Assembly: GCA_964016885.1 (NCBI GenBank)
Contig: OZ024742.1
Coordinates: 109,740,001 to 109,804,000, forward strand
Source of the DNA: Eledone cirrhosa
Taxonomy: Eukaryota
Length of the DNA stretch: 64,000 nt
Direction: 5' to 3'
The notes beneath the pieces are model-generated. The model saw nothing but the letters and a program-made list of their open reading frames with translations, was not told the DNA's origin and ran no database searches. Shown in pieces: positions 56,582-64,000 of the stretch. The stretch's first letter is position 1; every line of letters begins with the position of its first letter. Both the position numbers and the translations under genes were made by a program.

Positions 56582-57050
56582 CTGCAAAATATAATGAAAA
56601 TTTCACATCAAAATATTTTCCTTAAGTTCATATAAAAGTGGACTGTCTGCTTTGGGGAAGGTAACTCACTGAGGAAAGTAGTCACTGAATAAAATCTTAG
56701 TGTATGTCTGTGTGAAAGAGACAAAGAGAGATGAGAGATAGAAAAAAGGAATTAGTGGGGGGGGGGAGGGGGAGAAACTCCACAACTGAAGCGTAATGGA
56801 CATAAAAATATGAAAATATGGTTAACACAAGAGTGAAGTAGAATTTTATTAGGGCTTTTTGCATATTCTCTAAGGTAGCAAAAAAATTAATTTAGAGCCT
56901 CTAGCTACATACAACCTAGTCAGCCCCCTCCCTCATATTTTAATCCAGCATGGGGTAAACAATCTAAAAAATACAGATTAAAGTGGCAATTGCTGTTGTT
57001 ATGAAAATGATTCACTAGCATACATGTGTAGTACAAAGATAAACATTAAC

Positions 57051-57195
57051 CTGTCAGGTGTATCATCTTGGCCACTGATATGAAGACTAGGAACTGCTTC
57101 ATTCCAAAACTTGCTTAACAGTTCATTATAATTACTTTCCACATAGTAATTGAACAGACATTTGCTGACAAGTTCCACATGTTCCGTGCTTTTTG
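57051..57195 (-). CDS. PINK1: PINK1 exon, beta3 Lys, autophosphorylation Ser and alphaC
   Basis: ELVSKCLFNYYVESNYNELLSKFWNEAVP (compare insect LAVKMMFNYDVESNS..ETVP); phase 1 to 2. Confidence 0.92.
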
Positions 57196-57642
57196 CTGTA
57201 CAAACAGCTAAAAGTATAGAATATCATTGTAAAAGAAAAAAAGTATTGACATATATATGTCTGTGTGTAATTGTGACTGTTATCATTAACATCATTTTTA
57301 TGTCTACTTTGGTGCATTTGTGGCATTTAGGCAAGCAGATCTTTCTATATATGAATATGTGTATGCACATATGTGCATGTGTGTTATTTAGGCAACAACT
57401 GTTTTGATGATGATCATGTGCGTATGTATATATGCAATTACATATGTGCATGTGTGGTATTCAGGCAACAGCTATTTATGTGTGTGTATGTGTCATTCAC
57501 ATACGTGAATGTGTAGTATTTAGGCAACAGCTATTTATGTTTGTGTATGTTTGATTTACATGCATGTGAAAAGAAGAACAATGAAGATAGAAAAAAAGAA
57601 AAGCTCCTAATAATAAGAATAAGATATATAAACTGTCCTTAC

Positions 57643-57702
57643 CTTCTTGGTTTTGGTTCTCATCTAAAGTCGATTCACTCATATTGGAAACATCACTTTC
57701 TG
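57643..57702 (-). CDS. PINK1: PINK1 60-nt exon, copy C (AESDVSNMSESTLDENQNQE)
   Basis: CAG|CAG acceptor, G|GTAAGG donor, phase 1-1, open frame. Inclusion inferred. Confidence 0.75.
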
Positions 57703-57780
57703 CTGTAATACAACAGATAAGGACATTATGGATTTCATTAGACCAACATTATCGATTAAATTGGACTAATATTATGTATT

Positions 57781-58750
57781 GTATCAGATCAACATAGTGT
57801 GGTACACCAGATCAACAGTGTGGTACACCAGATCAACATTGTGTGGTACACCAGATCAACAGTGTGGTACACCAGATCAACATTGTGTGGTACACCAGAT
57901 CTACATTGTGTGGTACACCAGATCTACATTGTGTGGTACACCAGATCAACATTGTGTGGTACACCAGATCAACATTGTGTGGTACACCAGATCCACATTG
58001 TGTGGTACACCAGATCAACATTGTGTGGTACACCAGATCAACATTGTGTGGTACACCAGATCAACATTGTGTGGTACACCAGATCTACATTGTGTGGTAC
58101 ACCAGATCTACATTGTGTGGTACACCAGATCAACATTGTGTGGTACACCAGATCAACATTGTGTGGTACACCAGATCAACATTGTGTGGTACACCAGATC
58201 AACATTGTGTGGTACACCAGATCTACATTGTGTGGTACACCAGATCTACATTGTGTGGTACACCAGATCAACATTATGTGGTACACCAGATCAACATAGT
58301 GTGGTACACCAGATCAACATAGTGTGGTACACCAGATCTACATTATGTGGTACACCAGATCTACATTATGTGGTACACCAGATCTACATTATGTGGTACA
58401 CCAGATCAACATTGTGTGGTACACCAGATCAACATTATGTGGTACACCAGATCAACATTATGTGGTACACCAGATCAACATTGTGTGGTACACCAGATCA
58501 ACATTGTGTGGTACACCAGATCTACATTGTGTGGTACACCAGATCTACATTGTGTGGTACACCAGATCTACATTGTGTGGTACACCAGATCAACATTGTG
58601 TGGTACACCAGATCTACATTGTGTGGTACACCAGATCTACATTATGTGGTACACCAGATCTACATTATGTGGTACACCAGATCTATATTATGTGGTACAC
58701 CAGATCAACATTGTGTGGTACACCAGATCAACATTGTGTATTTCACCAGA
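57781..58750. repeat. 23-bp minisatellite, about 42 copies (ATTGTGTGGTACACCAGATC[A/T]AC)
   Basis: Direct tandem repeat with no spacers; the ORFs over it are artefacts. Confidence 0.97.
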
Positions 58751-59344
58751 CCAAAATTGTGTATTAAACCATACAAACAATACATACTGTACCAGAACAT
58801 GATCTATTGCATTAAACCAACATTCAAGACAAAATCTTGAGGAGTAACCCTTTTCATACCAAGCCACCTGAAATTGATCCTGGTTCTATGATAGTTTTAA
58901 GTACATTTGTTAAGTTATGCACCAAAAACCAGCTTAATTAATTGCAAACTATATGCAGTGTCTTTCATTAGAAATATGGTAAGTGTTTATACTTATCTAA
59001 AAGCCTTCCATCATAATTTTATGTAAGAACCTTTGTTATAAACATCAGCTTAATAATGAGAAAGTTAATATTACTAAATCCCTCCAAATTTTTGATTATA
59101 TTCAAAATCATTTAAAAACCATAGGCAGTGTCTTTCATTAGAAATATGGTAACAAAAAGATTAAGGAAGTTTCCAATAGACTGGATTCCCAACCAGCCTC
59201 TTGCAGTTGAGAGGAGGTACTAGTGATCTTGGGTCACCCATGCCACTGGATTTGTTTCTATCACCATGAAATGGTACTAGTGTGGTTACTGCTGTTGTAA
59301 TGTTGGAATACTCCCACTTCTGTAGTTTCCTCATTCAAATCATA

Positions 59345-59832
59345 TCTAAACTATAATAAAGTAAGAAGCGCGAGACTGCGTACGGTTTATAATTTTTTAT
59401 TCCCTTAGTAAAATAAGTTGGATTACTTTGAATAAATAATGAATGAATATTACATAATTTATCTACTAAATTTCATGGCTGTTTATTAAATATATTTTAT
59501 TACTTATTTAAAGATTGACTTCTCTAAAATTTTCAAATGTCAACACTTCCGGTTAGCGATCGTTTAAATAAATATTCATATATTTCTGTCACTAATTTTC
59601 TCCTAATGTAATTTATATATAATATCGTCTTTTTTTAATGTATCATGGATTACATTACTGATTAAATAAGACAGTGTAACGCAGTCTTCGTTCAATTTCT
59701 ATGAATTATATATTGTCAATTATGATTTTATTTGATGTATCATATCTACATGTATATATACCTGCATATAATATCAATATACACACTACACATGCTAGCA
59801 GAAAACCACCCGAAGGGTGGTTTTTCTGCTAG
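59345..59832 (+). mobile_element. Short non-autonomous Helitron-like element with a long terminal hairpin
   Basis: A|TCTAAACTATAATAAAG start; CTAGCAGAAAACCACCC-GAA-GGGTGGTTTTTCTGCTAG|T end. Confidence 0.6.
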
Positions 59833-59856
59833 TCTTGAATAATTGACAGTCCTTAC

Positions 59857-59916
59857 CTTCTTGAGTTTCGTTTCCACCCAAAGTGGACTCACCCATATTG
59901 GAAATATCGCTTTCTG
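59857..59916 (-). CDS. PINK1: PINK1 60-nt exon, copy B (AESDISNMGESTLGGNETQE)
   Basis: CAG|CAG acceptor, G|GTAAGG donor, phase 1-1, open frame. Inclusion inferred. Confidence 0.7.
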
Positions 59917-60003
59917 CTGCAAAACAACAAATAAGTATATTATGCAAGGAAAATAAATAAATTTTTGTTGTTGTTTAGCCCCAAAATAATAAACAGTCCT
60001 TAC

Positions 60004-60063
60004 CTTCCTGAGTTTGGTTTTCATCCAAAGTAGACTCATCCATATTGGAAATATCACTTTCTG
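60004..60063 (-). CDS. PINK1: PINK1 60-nt exon, copy A (AESDISNMDESTLDENQTQE)
   Basis: CAG|CAG acceptor, G|GTAAGG donor, phase 1-1, open frame. Inclusion inferred. Confidence 0.75.
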
Positions 60064-61407
60064 CTGCAAAACAAATAAGTATATTATGTAAGGAAAAGAA
60101 GTAAATTTTTGTTGTTGCTTAGCCCCAGGCGAGCTCTGATTAGGCAGACCTATTATCAAAGTTATTCCAACCATGACCATCCAATCTTATTTTCATTGGG
60201 ATCTTTTAGCAGCGTTCATTCTCTCGCAAGCATTTGGGTCAGGTCTCTGGTTAGAGGATAACTTCCACCCTTCTTCCCATCAGTCTCGGAGACCTTGCAA
60301 AGGGTTATGAGTACTGCCCTCCCTCCTGAGTAAATGATTAAAAAAAACTTGTATTTTCAAACACCAGAACAAGAACATTGGTGTATGTGGCGGCTATGAT
60401 CATACTGTGTTGGACCTCCGTTGGTTCCAATGATGAATGTTCCAGGTGTTCAAACAACAGAACTGTCTGTTCCTGAACTTAGGCAAATGTCTGAGCATTT
60501 AACAGACATGTGTATCCTTAACATAGTTCTCAGGGAGATTCGGCATATTGTAGTGTGTAACAAGGCTAGTCCTTTGAATTACAGGTATACCTCATTTTTG
60601 CCAGCTGAGTGGACTGAAGCAAAATGAAATAAAGTATCTTGTTCAAGGATACATGCCGCCAATAATCAAATTCATGAACATGATTGTGAGCTAAACACAG
60701 TAACCACTAAGTTACATGACTATGGTCACACTACAACATATGAAAAATATTATGGTTCCAATGTTGTGTGATACAAAAGATGTTACTTATAATAAACATG
60801 TGGACTAGTGGTTTAGGTGTTGGACTCACAAGGTCCCAAATTGGAATGTGTGCTGTATTCGTGGGCAAGATGCTTCATTTCATCTTTCTTTTCATAATAA
60901 AACTGGGCCCCTATCATTAAAACAAAACCTATAAGATGCAGCTTCATAGGAGGCCAGCTAAATCTGTATATGTTGGACACAAGATACCATGCCATGAGAT
61001 CAAACATGAAACCTAATGATTGCAAATCAAACTTCCTAACTATTTAGCCATGCTGCAAAAAGATACTTTTGCTGTACCACTCTAGTACTAGTAGCAGTTG
61101 TGTTCTGATTTGGAGAAGGATGGGCTCTGCCAAGTTTAAAATGCCTCAGACATACTGTGTGTCAAGACACCCCAGAGTCTCTGCCAAGTTTAAAATGCCT
61201 AAGACATGCTATGTTTCAGGACAGCACCCGTTTGATGCCATCTGGAGTTAAGTGACTTTTACTTTATCTTAGGTAGGGGGGGGAGCTGTGGTAATAACAA
61301 CAACAACATTATGTATACCTACCATGTTCGTCTCTATGGCATCTAGCAGTCATCTTCGTAGTAGCAGTAGTAAAAGTAGCAACAACAACAATATTATGTA
61401 TACTTAC

Positions 61408-61555
61408 CATGTTCATCTGTACGACATCGAACTGAAAACACAGCACCATTGCACCCTTTGGCAAGGAACTGCAAGAACTCAATGTTTGAATAGTTGTCAG
61501 GAACATTCACTCCATTCAATGGATCTGTTTTAGACGACTGTTTCTCATAGGAACT
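61408..61555 (-). CDS. PINK1: PINK1 exon 2, glycine-rich loop
   Basis: SSYEKQ...IEFLQFLAKGCNGAVFSVRCRTDEH; TAG acceptor, GTAAGT donor, phase 0 to 1. Confidence 0.92.
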
Positions 61556-62026
61556 CTACAAAGTAACAAAGACACTAGTGAACAATGAAAGAAGTAAACG
61601 AACTCAGTTTCAAATGAAATATACTGTTTGCAGTGTTTCAGGTAATTTTACTAAACTGGGAAATAGCAAAAGAAAATTAATAAAAAAGGCTTGTACTAAA
61701 AATGGCAGAAGGGTTTAACATTTTTAACATAAAATTAGGATTCTGCATTTAAAAAAAAAAACTCTTTTCTTACTTCTTTTGTTTGAAGCCTCCTCCTCCC
61801 CCTCTCTCTCTCTCTCTCTTTTGCTATTCCCCACGAACTAATAGGGTAGCTTCTCTACATGATCTTTCGAAATACTAGAAATAGTAGCCAAAAATTAAAC
61901 AGTTCATGGGTGGGGAAAAAGTTAAGTATGGGAGGGGGAAGAATCGCAAAACAGAAAATTCCGGAAAAATAACCTAATAAATAAGTTATGGCCATTTACG
62001 TGTGGTAGGGTATAATTCATATCAAT

Positions 62027-62521
62027 TTGGAACCATCTGGGTTGTCCAGAAGTGACGGCAAAAGACCTGACGGTCTTACCCTGTGCCCCTGGTCAAGAAG
62101 CAGGTGCCTTGTCTGTGACGTCACTGTTAGTGACTCCTTTGCTCCTTCCCACATCCTGGATGCTGCGGTTAGGACGAGAGCCACAGCTTCTGAAGCCAAG
62201 CGGAGTAAGACCCTCAAATACTCTGATCTGTCGGCCAGCTACATTTTTCAGCCTGTGGCTTTCGAGATGTTTGGGGGAGTCGGGCCGCTGACTGCGAGGT
62301 TCCCTTCCTCACTGGCGGCTCGCCTAATAGAGGTGACTGGCGAATCTCGCGAGGGTGCTTGGCTGTTTCAGCGCATCAGCCTCGCCATCACCCGAGGCAA
62401 CGCTGCGAGTGTGCTGGCTTGCCTCAAAATCATTAGAGAGGTTGCCCAGTACTCGCGACGTTGCTGTCTTTTGCTCTGGTGTTGGCTCCGTTGTTCACTC
62501 CTTCTTCTACATTTTCTTTAA
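62027..62521 (+). mobile_element. CRE-like non-LTR retrotransposon 3' fragment, restriction-like endonuclease domain
   Basis: EPSGL..DGKRPDGLTL.PW...DVTV.D..KTLKY..FQPVAFE.FG..LFQRISLAITRGNA. Confidence 0.8.
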
Positions 62522-62559
62522 TATTGTAGCATTGAAGGAATATATCTTTCATTATATCG

Positions 62560-62739
62560 TGGATTGGCAGTATCGGTAGAGGGTCGGGCGTCATGATTTG
62601 AGTACTGGGCAACCTTTATGATCTGAGTTCAAATTCCACCGAGGTTAACTTTGCCTTTCATCCTTACGGGATCGATAAAATAAAGTACCAGTAATGCACT
62701 GAGATAATTGTTGGCCTGGTGCCAAAAGTAGAAACAATT
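62560..62739 (+). mobile_element. SINE family A copy
   Basis: Family consensus match; flanked by duplicated ATTATATC. Confidence 0.88.
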
Positions 62740-63098
62740 ATATCATCCTTTGTAGTGCTACCGAGACATTTGTAATGTTATTTATGTATATATTTAAAAC
62801 ATATTTGTTATGTTATTCTACTGTAAATTTATTTATATGCTGTTTATATTTTCATTCTGTAAGAATAATGTAAACTGATTTATACTAATAGTGTAAACTT
62901 ATATTAATAATGATTTCTTTACTTCTTTATAATAATTTTTTTTGTGATTTTAAAAGACTTTATTGACATTTAGTAGCATAAAATATACGATTTAGCACTG
63001 TTGATATAATCTGTATACAGGACACAAACTTATTTCATTAGACTCCCCATAGATGTGTGATAAAGCAAAAAGCGAAAAAAACAATACTTTTAACTCAC

Positions 63099-63479
63099 CT
63101 GTAAATCCGAGATAATTTCGCCTAATTGCTGGGGACTGTTGTTATAAGGATGTCTATTATGAAAAGAGAAACCTAACAGAGCAAAAGTAGGAAGGTAAGT
63201 AGAACGAGAAAACCTGGGTGCTTTTGAAAACCTTGAGGCCAAATTTTGGCCCCAAAACCTAAAAGCGGCCCTGCGTCTCAGATCAGCCACGAAGTTGTTG
63301 GTACAGTAACGATATATCCATCGTGTTAGGGGAGTCCTGCATTTAGTAATGGAGGAAATCAGTGGCTTCTGGTGGCGTATTAGCCGAGTGAATTGACTAA
63401 ACCTCCAAAATGTACTGGACTGCTGTACTAAGTGATTCCTCACATTTAACAGTTGCTTGAACAGACCCCGAAAGGCCAT
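63099..63479 (-). CDS. PINK1: PINK1 exon 1, mitochondrial targeting sequence and TM-like segment
   Basis: Arg-rich, acid-poor N-terminus; DLRRRAAFRF and PTFALLG motifs like invertebrate PINK1; CAG|GTGAGT donor in phase 0. Confidence 0.9.
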
Positions 63480-64000
63480 TTTGACGCTACCCTAATCTCT
63501 ACAACAGAAATAGGGAGAATGTGTGTGTTTGGTGTTCTGATGTCGTGGGAACACGCCCTAGACCTACAGTCTACCTTTGCTTAACTAATCTGCACAACTT
63601 TAATACAGATGCCCTCTGCTATTATAACAAAACAAGGTCACGATTTTACGCAATTCAATTTGGTTTTCATAAAAACAAGAAATTAAGTGCTTAAAATATT
63701 TATTTTAAAAGCTATCGAGTAAGCATGAATTTTGACATAGCATAACGCTTAAATTATTGACAAATAAAATTTAAACCAATAGTTGAAAAGTTGTTAAAAG
63801 TGCCGTGCTATCGGAAGTAATAATTTTCTCCTGGATTAATATTGTTGACAATGTAGATTTATCAAAACAAACACTACGTCGCAGACAAATTACCCCAGAT
63901 ATATTCTATATAGATAAATCATTGCATTTCTCATATAGGGGGGATGTCCACTCCTAGCTGAAAATATCACAATACGAATTTGATTAATGGTGAAATTGAA

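Noticed and set aside
57779-58840. CRISPR-like array or 353-aa repeat protein
   Set aside because: The 23-bp units abut with no unique spacers, there are no cas genes, and the context is a eukaryotic intron. Frames are open only because the unit lacks stops.
59746-60180. 144-aa ORF with an internal repeat
   Set aside because: It is an off-frame reading across duplicated PINK1 exons A and B and their introns.
60200-60335. GC-richer intronic segment as a possible snoRNA
   Set aside because: No convincing C/D or H/ACA box arrangement on the sense strand.
62027-62521. Nested antisense host gene in PINK1 intron 1
   Set aside because: It matches the endonuclease domain of CRE-like retrotransposons, is 5'-truncated, and has a decayed relative at 34880-35820.
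63480-64000. Specific PINK1 promoter motifs (for example the ETS-like CGGAAGT at about 63812)
   Set aside because: The region is plausibly the promoter, but such short matches are not distinguishable from chance without data.

Overview
AT-rich, microsatellite- and transposon-dense metazoan DNA. The SINE, RTE and microsatellite landscape suggests an octopus or other coleoid cephalopod, but that is inference. Two complete multi-exon genes lie in tandem on the minus strand, both assembled by hand with GT-AG boundaries and consistent phases: XPA (7 coding exons, 37105->24213, 286 aa) and PINK1 (63479->46058, 9 core exons plus three duplicated 60-nt exons, 545-605 aa). The rest is LINE relics (Tx1/L1, RTE, CR1, CRE), tRNA-derived SINEs, three Helitrons, a nested Merlin element, hAT/pogo/mariner/piggyBac-type MITEs, Penelope-like hairpins with a minimal hammerhead core, and minisatellites. 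The most notable observations are: (1) a triplicated, frame-symmetric acidic 60-nt exon in PINK1 kinase insertion 1; (2) a shortened PINK1 activation loop with three departures from consensus that single A-to-I edits would revert; (3) long intronic fold-back structures; (4) an inverted duplication carrying a possible ubiquitin-like first exon. Most ORFs in the supplied track are microsatellite artefacts. Repeat boundaries are approximate unless termini or target-site duplications (TSDs) are quoted.
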